Below, in pieces: positions 29,544-40,037 of a stretch of DNA of 64,000 bases. Position 1 is the stretch's first letter. Every line of letters begins with the position of its first letter. This stretch comes from a virus. The notes beneath the pieces are model-generated. The model worked only from the letters and a program-made list of their open reading frames with translations, made no database searches and was not told the DNA's origin. Location of the stretch: the IMG/VR virus record IMGVR_UViG_3300042402_005180, positions 13,675 to 77,674 of that record; one strand, given 5' to 3'. The position numbers were made by a program, and so were the translations under genes.

Positions 29544-30307
29544 AAAAAATATGCGATATGTATGACGAGAATAATAGCATAAGAGAAATCGCTTCAGCTC
29601 TAAATACATATCCAAACAAGATAGCTCGAATACTAAAAAAAGCGGGCAAGGAACTAAGATCAAAAAGAGAAGCTGGTAAAATAGCTGTTGATCAAGGTAA
29701 AATAAAACCACCTATGCTTGGTAAGAAAAGAAGTGAAGAAGAAAAAAGCAATATTGCAGCCAAAAGATCAAAAAAATGGAAAGAGATGTCAGAAGAAGAT
29801 TTGGAAGCGTTTAGAAAAAATGCTAAAGATAGATGGGAATCTCAAACAGAGCAAGAAAAAGATTATAGACAGCAAAAAGCTGGAGAGGCTCTTAAAAAGG
29901 CAAGTGTAGAAGGTTCAAAGGCTGAAAAATATCTTTATAGAGAGTTGACAAAAGCGGGTTATGATGTTATAATGCATAAGACGGGTCTTATTCCCGGAGA
30001 AAAGTATGAAATTGATTTATATATTCCGTCAATGATGGTGGCTATTGAAATAGATGGCCCTCAGCATTTTTTCCCCATATACGGAGAAAAAAACTTGAAC
30101 CGTAATATAAAATATGATTCCATAAAAAATGGTGCATTAATTTCAAGAGGAATATGTGTTCTAAGAATAAAATATTTGCATAAGCACAATTCTCGCACAA
30201 TCAATAAAAAGCTCTTTTCTCTTATTTTGGGTGAACTAAACAAAATTAAAAATAAATTTCCAGATTTGCAAAATAGACTAATAGAATTGGAGATGGATGA
30301 TGTTTGA
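29531..30307 (+). CDS. homing-endonuclease-like protein (HTH + NUMOD3-like + DUF559/Vsr nuclease)
   Basis: SIREIASALNT HTH, MLGKKRSEEEK, SKAEK, YEIDLYIP..AIEIDGPQH. Confidence 0.75.
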   Translation: MFDIKKICDMYDENNSIREIASALNTYPNKIARILKKAGKELRSKREAGKIAVDQGKIKPPMLGKKRSEEEKSNIAAKRSKKWKEMSEEDLEAFRKNAKDRWESQTEQEKDYRQQKAGEALKKASVEGSKAEKYLYRELTKAGYDVIMHKTGLIPGEKYEIDLYIPSMMVAIEIDGPQHFFPIYGEKNLNRNIKYDSIKNGALISRGICVLRIKYLHKHNSRTINKKLFSLILGELNKIKNKFPDLQNRLIELEMDDV

Positions 30308-31094
30308 AGAAAAAGAAGATTTCTTTGGTAGTACAGAAAAAGATAATGATATTTTTGATTTGTCTTCAATAGAAAAAGTTGAAATAGTCAAAGATCCGAA
30401 TGAACCAGACCAACTATCTCCTGAATGGCATGACTATGTTATGTCTAAGTTCACTGACTATGAACTTGTAGAAATAAACGGAGAAAAGTATCCAAATTGT
30501 TATGGACTAAGAAGAGTTGTGGAATTGCTAATTGGAAATATTGTAGAGAGCAAACCAACTAATCTTATTGTTTCTCCTGATTCTACCGGAAGCAATCCGG
30601 GGCGAGTAACTTGTATTTATGAAGTTACTATTAGAGATTTTGAAACAGGGCAACTTAAAAAATATGGCGATGTTGCAGAAGTATTTTCTCTTAACTGCGA
30701 CGATCTTTTCCTTGCTTATCCTGCGGCAACTGCTGTCACCCGTGCAGAAGGCCGCTGCTTGCGTAAATTGCTCAAGGTGCGATGTGTGGCAGCAGAAGAG
30801 CTTACTCGCAATAAGAACGTAGGAGAGGCCGTTAAAGCCGTTATAAAGAGTGTTCCAACAGATGGCTCTTATCAGGAGCAAGATCCTATTAGCGGCGCAC
30901 AAATCAAAGCTGTCGAGAGTCGATGTAATATCTTGGGAATTGATATTATGAAATTTATCAACAGTTATGAAGAAGGTAAGACATATAGCAAGCTAGAAGA
31001 TGTTCGTAAAAAAACAGCGATCACCATGATTGGCTTACTAAATGATTATCAGAATAATAAAACACCAATTCCTACAAATATATTGAAAGGGTAG
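30297..31094 (+). CDS. Rad52/Sak-like single-strand annealing protein
   Basis: GLRRV..LIG, VTCIYEVTI, YGDVAE, ATAVTRAEGRCLRKLL; C-terminal ISGAQIK helix. Confidence 0.55.
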   Translation: MMFEEKEDFFGSTEKDNDIFDLSSIEKVEIVKDPNEPDQLSPEWHDYVMSKFTDYELVEINGEKYPNCYGLRRVVELLIGNIVESKPTNLIVSPDSTGSNPGRVTCIYEVTIRDFETGQLKKYGDVAEVFSLNCDDLFLAYPAATAVTRAEGRCLRKLLKVRCVAAEELTRNKNVGEAVKAVIKSVPTDGSYQEQDPISGAQIKAVESRCNILGIDIMKFINSYEEGKTYSKLEDVRKKTAITMIGLLNDYQNNKTPIPTNILKG

Positions 31095-31096
31095 TA

Positions 31097-31438
31097 ATGA
31101 GTTTTACAATCACAAAAGGTCCAAATGGAATTTCTATTGCCGCAACTGGCGATACTCATAAAGATGTATTTTCTCAAATTGCTGATTTGGAAGAAGTTTT
31201 TGGAGTTCAAAAGTGTGGCAAATGTCAGTGTCCAGATATTAGATTTGTTGTCAGAACAGTTGATGACAACGATTACTATGAATTCCAGTGTAAAAATCTA
31301 AAGTGTAGAGCTAAGTTAGCTTTTGGCCAAAATAAAAAAGGCGGAGGACTATTTCCAAAACGCAAAGATAAGGATGATAACTGGTTGCCAGATAGCGGCT
31401 GGATGCGATGGGATAAAGAAAATAATAAAGAAATATAA
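31097..31438 (+). CDS. zinc-binding hypothetical protein
   Basis: CGKC...CKNLKC. Confidence 0.65.
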   Translation: MSFTITKGPNGISIAATGDTHKDVFSQIADLEEVFGVQKCGKCQCPDIRFVVRTVDDNDYYEFQCKNLKCRAKLAFGQNKKGGGLFPKRKDKDDNWLPDSGWMRWDKENNKEI

Positions 31439-31440
31439 AC

Positions 31441-31471
31441 AAAAAAGCCCCGGTAAAACGGGGCTTTTTTT
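31441..31471. terminator. bidirectional Rho-independent terminator between the convergent arms
   Basis: A6-GCCCCG-gtaaaa-CGGGGC-T7. Confidence 0.9.
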
Positions 31472-31568
31472 ATATCGATATAACCTACCGCCGTTCGTAT
31501 TCGGTTATATTACGAGAATGAGTCGTGACTCGAAACGGCAAAAAGGCCACCAGCTATTCTCTCGATAT
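31472..31568 (-). ncRNA. candidate structured RNA (multi-stem junction + loop-loop pseudoknot)
   Basis: Stems ATATCGA/TCGATAT, ATATAACC/GGTTATAT, GAGAAT/ATTCTC, GAGT/ACTC; cross-pairing GCCGTT/AACGGC. Confidence 0.5.
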
Positions 31569-32539
31569 TATAGATATTCTAAGCTAACATAAAGACCATA
31601 GTTTGTTTTACTACCAATACTCAACGGAGAAGCAGATAAAGCAACTCTCCAAGTATGAAGAGTATCATATCCAGTTCCACCATAAGAATTTGCTAAATAT
31701 GTTCCTGAATTATATGGCCCTAAAGTTGTGCCAAGTAAACTTGCCTGTTGAGCTGAGTCAATATATTGACTATACTTTGGAACTGCTGATGTTAAAACAC
31801 CAGTATCAAGACCTTTTCCACCACTTCCGGGAGAGTCGAGAAGAGGAACAATTAATCCACTTCCACCAACTGTATCAAAACCCGGAATTACTAATGCGGA
31901 AATAGCAGAATCGGGATTTCCTGAACCATTATTATAATGATAGTCAGTATAATTATAAAATTTTACACCAACTGAGTTCTGATAGTATGGACGAATAGAT
32001 TTATTTGCACCATATACTGAGCCGCTTGGCCAAGGTGATCCCCACCAAAAAGCATCACCAAAACACGAGTTTGCACCAACAACTGGAGAGCCAAAATTGC
32101 TAACCCAAGTAGCATATGCTTTATTGTCAAAATTAACAATTTCTGCAACCTTAGTAATGACTCCAGTTGCAGGAGAGTTAATATTAACTCTATCAAAAAT
32201 TCTTAACTGAGCATTTTGAACTTTTACAGCAGAAGTATGAGAAAAATTAATTAAAAGAGTTGCCTGAGAGCTGTTTGCAGTAGCAATTGTTCCTGAAGTT
32301 GGAGATATTCCAACAATACATCCAGAAGCATTTGGTCCAGCAACGGTTCCAAGATATTTTACATTTCTTGCTTCGCCACCATTTGTTGTTCCATTAGAAT
32401 CTGTAATATAAGTACTATCTTGGTATTTTAATGTTGAAACACTTGACCCCCAAGTTGATCCATAAAATCCAAGACCTGAACCTCCTAGCCCAATAACTCC
32501 AGAGCTAGAATCTAAAACCGAAAAGTAAATCGATGCCAT
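31568..32539 (-). CDS. putative virion structural protein
   Basis: G/S/T/Y-rich, AGGAGG RBS, promoter motif upstream. Confidence 0.65.
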   Translation of the reverse strand: MASIYFSVLDSSSGVIGLGGSGLGFYGSTWGSSVSTLKYQDSTYITDSNGTTNGGEARNVKYLGTVAGPNASGCIVGISPTSGTIATANSSQATLLINFSHTSAVKVQNAQLRIFDRVNINSPATGVITKVAEIVNFDNKAYATWVSNFGSPVVGANSCFGDAFWWGSPWPSGSVYGANKSIRPYYQNSVGVKFYNYTDYHYNNGSGNPDSAISALVIPGFDTVGGSGLIVPLLDSPGSGGKGLDTGVLTSAVPKYSQYIDSAQQASLLGTTLGPYNSGTYLANSYGGTGYDTLHTWRVALSASPLSIGSKTNYGLYVSLEYL

Positions 32540-32574
32540 TTAAACCTCCTACGTAGGAAAGAATGATATATCAT

Positions 32575-32588
32575 TATATTATACACAT
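32575..32588 (-). promoter_or_regulatory. putative phage promoter (ATGTGTATAATATA)
   Basis: Recurring motif ~35 nt upstream of the start codon. Confidence 0.55.
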
Positions 32589-32794
32589 TACCACTTATTC
32601 AAGGGGCATTTTTCAGAATCCCAAGAGGCTTTTATTTCTAAATAACATCCACACTCTTTACATTTTGAATTTTCGAATTTATCACAATTATAACAAATGC
32701 TAAGTCTTTCATTTTTAATTATTTCGTCAGCTTTTTTAAATTTATTTGCAGCATGATTAAATAATGACGAAGTAAGATTAAATACTTCTTTCAT
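32588..32794 (-). CDS. small Cys-rich protein (DUF6171-like)
   Basis: ERLSICYNC...CKECGC..EIKA....EKCPLNKW. Confidence 0.7.
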   Translation of the reverse strand: MKEVFNLTSSLFNHAANKFKKADEIIKNERLSICYNCDKFENSKCKECGCYLEIKASWDSEKCPLNKW

Positions 32795-33135
32795 ATGATA
32801 ATTTCCTTAATTTCTTCGTTTTCAGATTGTTGAAAAGCAAATCGTAGCTCGCAATCTGTGTGAAGATAATGATGTACCGTGAATGATTTTAATCTATTAA
32901 AAAAATCCTCATTTTGTTCATTATATCGCAAAATTAAATATGAAACAAAATTTGCAATTGCTGGCAAAATTACATTATTCTCAGTGCATTGTGAACATCC
33001 AACTTCGTTGTTTGCAATTTTTTTCATTTGATCTTTATAGTTTAACATAAAATTAAATTCTGGCAAAATAACATAAAAATCATCTTTTGCCAATGCACCT
33101 ATAATATATTCTCTATCTATATATTTAATATTCAT
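32791..33135 (-). CDS. hypothetical protein with CxxC
   Basis: GCSQC; TAATG coupling to the upstream gene. Confidence 0.6.
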   Translation of the reverse strand: MNIKYIDREYIIGALAKDDFYVILPEFNFMLNYKDQMKKIANNEVGCSQCTENNVILPAIANFVSYLILRYNEQNEDFFNRLKSFTVHHYLHTDCELRFAFQQSENEEIKEIII

Positions 33136-34856
33136 TATCCACAACTCCCAAGTCTATTATTATCACAACATGATAAGTATATTTTATCAAATACATTTAT
33201 TCCACATGATTGGCACGATATTGTAGGTTGATATTCTTTAACTGGACATCCTGTAGCAATGTCAATTATATCTTGTATTGACACATTCATATTTCCATAT
33301 GTGAATCCTCCACACCCTGCTATTTTATCATTAGCATTAATTCCAGCTTCAACTTTTAAAAACCCAGAGCAAGGATTACATGGATCAAATATATTAGGCC
33401 CAGAAAAGCACTCTTTATCCTCTTCTCCATATTGTCTAATATTTATATTAGTATTAAATAAGCCCCCTTGAAAAAGACATGTACCTCCTGCAAATAAACA
33501 AGCATCTTCCCAAGATGTCTCATTTTCCCACCAACCACCTTCATCCATAAATTTTACCAAATATTCGCATCCCGGTGGTAAGTTTTCATCATTTTCTCCG
33601 AAATCAGGTCTTGGTATAAATTTTTGTTTGATTCTTATACATTTAAGCTCATCTAATGGTGGCAAATCAGCACAAGAACATCCTCTATCTCCTTTTCCAT
33701 GATAGTTTATAAATCTAACTCCTGCTGGGCACTCTTCAGTTGGATCATCGGGTAGTCCTCTGCTTCCAGCAAATATAGCCGGATAAAATCTAAATTTTCC
33801 AGCACTACCGCATTCTCCAAGTTCAGAGTTAAGTTCACTTGCCCAAGCTCCATAGCTACAATATGTTCGAACCTTATAATATTTATAGCCACAAACCTTA
33901 TAAGAGGCCCATGCATATTGATTTGCACAAAAATTTTCTTCTGTACAGCCAGCATCTGTAACAGGAGGCTTTGATATATTGCAACATCCGCTATACTGAC
34001 TATAGGGTCCAAGAATCATAAGGAACTCATTATTTCCGCTGCTAGATACTGTTCCTCCTCCTGCCGCACCTCCTCCGATTGGTCTCCATTCATAATTAAT
34101 ATTAGCAGCTAAAAAATAATCACCAGACTGTAAAGAAAAACTATTATTTCTATTTGTAAGTTGAACTACTTCTTTAACATTTAAACTAGATGGACCGTCT
34201 TTTACCATTTCTCCATATGGATTTGGCTTTACTACTCCTGAATTATTTCTAACTAATGTAAAAGTAGAATACTGAAGATTTTTACCTCTGTATATTTGTC
34301 CAGAACCAACTGAAGGAGACGAAAAATCACCAGCAGATAAATTACTAACCATTCTACCTTCTATAATTTCTGTGCCACCGGTCCAAACTTTTCTATTGTC
34401 ATCCCATCTTAAATCAACTGGCCCAGTTTTCCATTTTGATCGATCAACGGGAGTTTCTAAATTAAATACTCTACCATTTGATCCAGATGGCATTGGAAGT
34501 CCACAGACATCATATCCCCACCCTGATAAATAAAATGGTCCCTTCCAAACCATAGGTTGCACGCTATGACTTCCGCTAGCAACTGGAAATTTTTTATGAT
34601 TAAAATCTTTTGTTAATCCCGCCCTTGCAGTTATAGAATAATCATTTTTATCAAAAAAGAAATATGGATCAAGATCAAAAGAAGTTGGAGAAACATTAAA
34701 TTTAAAAAATACTCCTGAACATTTAGCTGTTTGATCTATTGGTCCTTGAGTTGAAGGATACATCAAAGTTGGATCAACCGATATATTTTGCGGAACTTCT
34801 GAAATCTGTTTTGCATTCCAAAGAACTTGTCTATATCCTGACTGAAAATTAACCAT
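33135..34856 (-). CDS. tail-tip-associated protein with Cys-rich C-terminal half
   Basis: GP..LSGWGYD, W.TGPVDLRWD N-domain; Gly linker; ~24 Cys in the last ~285 aa. Confidence 0.6.
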   Translation of the reverse strand: MVNFQSGYRQVLWNAKQISEVPQNISVDPTLMYPSTQGPIDQTAKCSGVFFKFNVSPTSFDLDPYFFFDKNDYSITARAGLTKDFNHKKFPVASGSHSVQPMVWKGPFYLSGWGYDVCGLPMPSGSNGRVFNLETPVDRSKWKTGPVDLRWDDNRKVWTGGTEIIEGRMVSNLSAGDFSSPSVGSGQIYRGKNLQYSTFTLVRNNSGVVKPNPYGEMVKDGPSSLNVKEVVQLTNRNNSFSLQSGDYFLAANINYEWRPIGGGAAGGGTVSSSGNNEFLMILGPYSQYSGCCNISKPPVTDAGCTEENFCANQYAWASYKVCGYKYYKVRTYCSYGAWASELNSELGECGSAGKFRFYPAIFAGSRGLPDDPTEECPAGVRFINYHGKGDRGCSCADLPPLDELKCIRIKQKFIPRPDFGENDENLPPGCEYLVKFMDEGGWWENETSWEDACLFAGGTCLFQGGLFNTNINIRQYGEEDKECFSGPNIFDPCNPCSGFLKVEAGINANDKIAGCGGFTYGNMNVSIQDIIDIATGCPVKEYQPTISCQSCGINVFDKIYLSCCDNNRLGSCG

Positions 34857-37800
34857 AAAAAATTCCTCCCATTGTTGTGCCTGAGCTTTCCTTTCCTCTT
34901 ACTTCAAATAGCCCGGAGTTAAATAAAGCCTTATGTTCTATAGGATATCTTTGATTCCATACATAAGCAGGGCTATAAATTTGTTCATACGATACTCCAA
35001 AACTTTCTTCAGGACTAAATCCTAGAGCCTTCATTGCAGGTTGTGAAGCAGAAGAGTGTGCGTTAATAGCTCCATAGTCTGAAGGTGATTGCGGTTTAAT
35101 CTGATTAATTGTTCTCCAGAGTGAATTATTCCAGTTTGCCCAAATGCCTTGCGCCGAACTTCTATTGATAGAATTAATTTTTTGTTTTTCCATAAAACTA
35201 AAAAAAGATTTATTTACAGGAGGAAGAAAAGCTCTTCTGATAGAATTTCTTATTTCTGTATCTATTTTAAATTTTTCTTTTTGAGAAGTAATTATTCTTT
35301 CAATATTATATCTTGCAAGTTCGCCTCGTTTTTTTGTCCAAGTTGTAAAATTATATGTAGTTTTTATTTCCTCTGAAGAAATGCTAATAGAGATAGTTGT
35401 TATATATGGTCCAGTATCAAAAATTTTATCTGATATATTCCATTTTGGAGTTTCTGAAAATTCTATATATCCTGTTTCTAGTGCATGAATACTTGTTAAT
35501 TCCGCTTGAGCCATTTGTGAAGCAAAAATATTCATATCATCTGTGGAACCAAAAGTTTCTGGTTTTAAACTAGTGTCTGCACTAATATTAACTTTACCTT
35601 TTCTACCTTCTTTTGCATTAATTTCTGAACTACTATCCCATCCACTAAATGCCCACCACGGCCCCCAGACATATCTTGTACTTTTTTGAGGAACAGAAAT
35701 TAAAACAGGCGGCATTTTTGCAGGAGCGATAGATCCATCAAGAATATTTTCTGAGCCAAACATATTTTGATAACCTACTTTTGTCGATTTTCCAATTTCA
35801 CTATCGTCTTGGAAAATAAGTTTGGCAAGAACTCCAAATGCATTTACTTCTGTTGTATATTGATCATATATTTCAACAGATGGAACAGTAACTTTACAAA
35901 ATCCATAAATTTTATTTAAAACTTTATTTCCGGCACTATCAGTCATTAACTGGCCTGATGGAGAAGTTACTGGAAATTTTTGTCCTGCAATTTCTTGATA
36001 TAGTTTTGTAACGTCAACATATCTAATTCCCCAAGCGGTATCAACTGTTGCAGCTCCTAGTATACCTTTTTTTGTTTGATTTGCATTATCTAAATAATCG
36101 ATAATTGTATATTGGCTATTTAAATCTGAATAATCAGCTAATATGCCACCCCAAATAGGATCATAACTATATAAAGGGTAGGCAACAGTGCATTTTAATC
36201 TTCCGGCTCCACCATCATAAAACGAAGTGTCAGTAATATATTTTGTAATATCATTTCCTGCCCATGCAGAATTATCAAGCTCCCAAGCGTATTCCGGTTC
36301 TTGGTCAAGCTCAATCCATCTAAAATTATTTTCAATGCCTCCCGGCTCTGAAGGAACAGCAACTAAAAATTCTTTTCCATAAAAATCATCGGCTATTTTT
36401 TTTATTCCATTATATCTTGTATTTAAAGTTCTTTGCATTATATCTTTTTGTGCGTCTTTTGTTCCAAACATATATGACGCATATAATTCTGCGCTATCTA
36501 AACTTGTATCCATTAAATCGTGAGTTGTTTTATTTCCTTTAAAAACATCTCGAATGTCTTTTAAAGAAAAATTATCAAATCCAGAAATAGTTTTTAATGG
36601 AGTATAATAATTCAATTTTAATTGTAAATCAGTAGGTGCTGCCATCATTAATTTATGATACATATCCCAAGTTTGTCTACTCGATATAGCACATCGCATT
36701 TCAAGTAAATTTGTATCAAACCACAGAAAGTCACCCTCTTTAACAAATGAATTTCTTTGTCCAGTCATATCTAATGCATCAATAACAACTCTAATTGGAC
36801 TGAAAAAATCTAAATATTGATTCATTCCAGTTCCATGATAATAAATTGTATTAATTCCAGCTCCCTTTTTACCCCAAATTGGCAACATATGACCTTGATT
36901 TGCAAACCAATGTCTAGTAGCATTATCTCCAATAATAACTTTTTGAGAAACTAATTCAGTAGTTAGTTCTTTTCCAATTCTATATGATTTTATATTTTTT
37001 GACTCATCAGGAACTTTTAACAAATTAGTTATAATTTTTTTTACTTGATCTGAATCTGATGGTTTTTTTCTTGGCAACATTTTTAATTTTAACGCAGCTT
37101 TTTTCATAACTCCTAGATCATCAGCTATATATCCTTTAGTTTTATCTTCATCAATATAAATGTAATAATCATACATTGTAATTTCTGAAATATCTCTTAA
37201 AAAAGAATTAAAATCAACAAATGTGCTTTTAATTCTATAGTCATTCAATTCTTTTATAGCAGTCGAAAGATCAGAAATGTCAAACTCATATTCTGTTCCA
37301 CCAAAAAATAAATTTCCACCAAAAACGCCTTTTTTACAACAATCAGTAAAATCTTTGACAAAAGTTGATATAGGATAACCTAATGAATTTCGATCTGCTC
37401 CACCAAATTTTCCGCCTTTTCCTATATTTTCTTTATATGCATACAAATTAATCATGTTAACTGGCGTATACCAGTTTTTATCTTCAAAAGCAGATTTTGA
37501 AATATTGTAAAATTCATAATTAATAGATGAGTTATATTGAATAACAGGTTTTGCACTTGGATTAATAATATCATTATCATCAACATAAATTGTACCAATA
37601 AAAGATCCAAGAATAAGAAAAACTCCATCTAAAAATGAAGAAGGAGAATTAAGCTCTACCTCCCATTTTCTTCCAGAAGAAACATCTTCAACATAACTAT
37701 ATCTTTGTACAATTCCAGCATATTTAAAAGTTTGATTAGTATCGTCATCTATAATTTTTAACATGCAACAAGTGCCAATTTCAGGAGGCTGAAAATATAC

Positions 37801-37947
37801 ATCATCTATTTTTTTGCCCGGACGAGAAGGATCGTCTTCTTCTTCTACAAGAGTAATAGAACAAGAAGTATTTTCTCCATTCCATCCAGCACTTATATTT
37901 ACATCTGTAACATACGCACCTAAGAATTTTATTGGTTTTTTTATCAT
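34849..37947 (-). CDS. tail tip/baseplate hub-like protein
   Basis: 1032 aa, downstream of the TMP; function from synteny. Confidence 0.55.
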   Translation of the reverse strand: MIKKPIKFLGAYVTDVNISAGWNGENTSCSITLVEEEDDPSRPGKKIDDVYFQPPEIGTCCMLKIIDDDTNQTFKYAGIVQRYSYVEDVSSGRKWEVELNSPSSFLDGVFLILGSFIGTIYVDDNDIINPSAKPVIQYNSSINYEFYNISKSAFEDKNWYTPVNMINLYAYKENIGKGGKFGGADRNSLGYPISTFVKDFTDCCKKGVFGGNLFFGGTEYEFDISDLSTAIKELNDYRIKSTFVDFNSFLRDISEITMYDYYIYIDEDKTKGYIADDLGVMKKAALKLKMLPRKKPSDSDQVKKIITNLLKVPDESKNIKSYRIGKELTTELVSQKVIIGDNATRHWFANQGHMLPIWGKKGAGINTIYYHGTGMNQYLDFFSPIRVVIDALDMTGQRNSFVKEGDFLWFDTNLLEMRCAISSRQTWDMYHKLMMAAPTDLQLKLNYYTPLKTISGFDNFSLKDIRDVFKGNKTTHDLMDTSLDSAELYASYMFGTKDAQKDIMQRTLNTRYNGIKKIADDFYGKEFLVAVPSEPGGIENNFRWIELDQEPEYAWELDNSAWAGNDITKYITDTSFYDGGAGRLKCTVAYPLYSYDPIWGGILADYSDLNSQYTIIDYLDNANQTKKGILGAATVDTAWGIRYVDVTKLYQEIAGQKFPVTSPSGQLMTDSAGNKVLNKIYGFCKVTVPSVEIYDQYTTEVNAFGVLAKLIFQDDSEIGKSTKVGYQNMFGSENILDGSIAPAKMPPVLISVPQKSTRYVWGPWWAFSGWDSSSEINAKEGRKGKVNISADTSLKPETFGSTDDMNIFASQMAQAELTSIHALETGYIEFSETPKWNISDKIFDTGPYITTISISISSEEIKTTYNFTTWTKKRGELARYNIERIITSQKEKFKIDTEIRNSIRRAFLPPVNKSFFSFMEKQKINSINRSSAQGIWANWNNSLWRTINQIKPQSPSDYGAINAHSSASQPAMKALGFSPEESFGVSYEQIYSPAYVWNQRYPIEHKALFNSGLFEVRGKESSGTTMGGIFYG

Positions 37948-40037
37948 GGCTTAGTAAATATCCATCCTGCTGTAATTGATAATTTTCCCGCAGGCCAATC
38001 CCACGAATAATTTAAATCCGTTAAATAAGCCTGTGTTTTTAATCCGGCATTAAATGTCCCACTTGGTATAAATTTCATAGCTGCTTCAAGAGCATTTGAA
38101 ACAACTGGAGAATTAGGGTGTCTATGTTCAGCCCCATAAATAGCTTCTATTTGAATTGTTCTTTTTGATTCTTTTGTTGTATTCATATCCTGAATTATTG
38201 GCCCTTTATCTCTTCCAAGAATCATAACTGGAATAACATGCTTTGTTCTATATATTGTTGGATTTGAAGAACCAGCAGTAACAAAATTTTCCTGAGATTG
38301 GTTGACACTTACGCTTAAAGCTCCAAAAGATGATCTCAGTGATCGAACAGTCTCAGCAATACCTTTATATGTTGCACTAAATTGTATAGATCCTGCTATT
38401 TTATTTTCAGTAATAGATGTTGTTATTGGTTTCCAGTCAAGAACATTGTCAACAGCATAATAACTAGCATATTGATTATTTCTAAAAATTTCATCAGCAA
38501 AAGCATAAACTATAGTTCCATATGCCCACGGTTTAATGATATTTGTTGTAGAGTATGGAGAGGTAGATAGTTCTTTTCCGGGATCTTTTAATATTCCTGT
38601 TAATTGACTAGTGATTACATTTCCACTTCCAGTTCCATAAATAGAACTTGGATAAATTGGTTGCACAGAGGAGTAAGACTCTGGATCATTAATTCTATCT
38701 GTAGTAGTTGACTGAATAGTAGGATTTGATGTTGATTGATCAATAACACCACTAGATATTAATTTTTTAAATAAAATTTGTGCATTCTTAAATTTATTTT
38801 GTCTATCTGAATTTACACCCAAAGAGTCTAATCCTTGAATTGTACCTTCTACTCTTACAATGTCATCTCCATCTTCACCCTTTTCAAAAGATCCATTTAT
38901 TTCAATAGTTGCAGGATTTCTAGAATAAAAATAATTAGTTGTAATAGAATATGACCCACCAATAATATCAATATTGGATGAGCGAATAACATTATATTCT
39001 CCATATTTTCCTGAACCGTGCATTCCGGCAGCATGTTGCTGTCCGCTTACAGAATCCCAAAAAAGATTACTAACCATTCCACTAGCGCCAACTCTTTCTC
39101 CAAGAGAATTAGTCGTGCCATTCCACCCGTTTATAGTTGAAGCAGCAGTACCTGAAACAGAGTTGCTAACATCCCATCCTACAGGATAAAAAGCATTACT
39201 TCCAACAAAAGGGCGTCCAAGGGGATCAAGATTAATCATTACATTAATCAAACTATCCTTCTTTTTATCATTTACATATTTGTATGCTTCATAAAACGCT
39301 TCATACTTTTGATTAGTTTGAAAATTGCTGGGACTTGGAGCAGGAGATGGAGTAGTATAACCTAAAGTAGTATTATAATCAGTTGCTGATTGATTATAAA
39401 ACATTGTCTGACCCTGTGCAGAAAGTGTATGAGTTATACTATATGAGTAATAAGGATCATCTGCTAAATATCTTATAATACCATTAGCATCTGTGCCCAT
39501 AACAAAATAAGACATTTTGTCTTCTTCTTTTTTAACTTCAAATTGCTCACTCGCAGTTTTTAAACGATACTTAGTTGCAATATTATCAGTGGGAGGTGTA
39601 ATCGACTCAAAGTTGAATGTAACTTCTTGATAATGAATCCCCGCTGTATCTTCAGGAGGCTCTCCAACGGATACACTCATTAACTGAGCAAAGTTATAAG
39701 ATACTAGTGGCTGTCCGACTGTTTGATAATTTCCATTTACAAGAGTCATCTTATATATTTGAAGAGGACCAGATTGTAAACTAACTAGTCTATCTACAAG
39801 CTGCGAGCCTTTAAAATCAGCATATTCTACTGATTTTTGTAACAAATCTTCATATCTATCTTCTGGGGTATTTCCAATAGCGGTAAATGCGCCTCTAATG
39901 GTAATGGAATGCTTTTCGCTTACAATTGTTCCATCGTCAAGTCTATTAAAGTCTTTAGAAATTGCAGACGCAAATCCATATTCCAATATTAACTCTTGTC
40001 CGGCAAATAAAATACTAACTTTATCACTACTTGTCAT
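37944..40037 (-). CDS. tail protein (distal-tail-like)
   Basis: Beta-rich, downstream of the TMP; function from synteny. Confidence 0.5.
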   Translation of the reverse strand: MTSSDKVSILFAGQELILEYGFASAISKDFNRLDDGTIVSEKHSITIRGAFTAIGNTPEDRYEDLLQKSVEYADFKGSQLVDRLVSLQSGPLQIYKMTLVNGNYQTVGQPLVSYNFAQLMSVSVGEPPEDTAGIHYQEVTFNFESITPPTDNIATKYRLKTASEQFEVKKEEDKMSYFVMGTDANGIIRYLADDPYYSYSITHTLSAQGQTMFYNQSATDYNTTLGYTTPSPAPSPSNFQTNQKYEAFYEAYKYVNDKKKDSLINVMINLDPLGRPFVGSNAFYPVGWDVSNSVSGTAASTINGWNGTTNSLGERVGASGMVSNLFWDSVSGQQHAAGMHGSGKYGEYNVIRSSNIDIIGGSYSITTNYFYSRNPATIEINGSFEKGEDGDDIVRVEGTIQGLDSLGVNSDRQNKFKNAQILFKKLISSGVIDQSTSNPTIQSTTTDRINDPESYSSVQPIYPSSIYGTGSGNVITSQLTGILKDPGKELSTSPYSTTNIIKPWAYGTIVYAFADEIFRNNQYASYYAVDNVLDWKPITTSITENKIAGSIQFSATYKGIAETVRSLRSSFGALSVSVNQSQENFVTAGSSNPTIYRTKHVIPVMILGRDKGPIIQDMNTTKESKRTIQIEAIYGAEHRHPNSPVVSNALEAAMKFIPSGTFNAGLKTQAYLTDLNYSWDWPAGKLSITAGWIFTKP

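Noticed and set aside
31512-31540. Hammerhead ribozyme (…ATGAGTCGTGACTCGAAAC…)
   Set aside because: It resembles the stem II-GAAA part but lacks the CUGANGA core and matching stems I/III. Kept only as an unclassified structured RNA.
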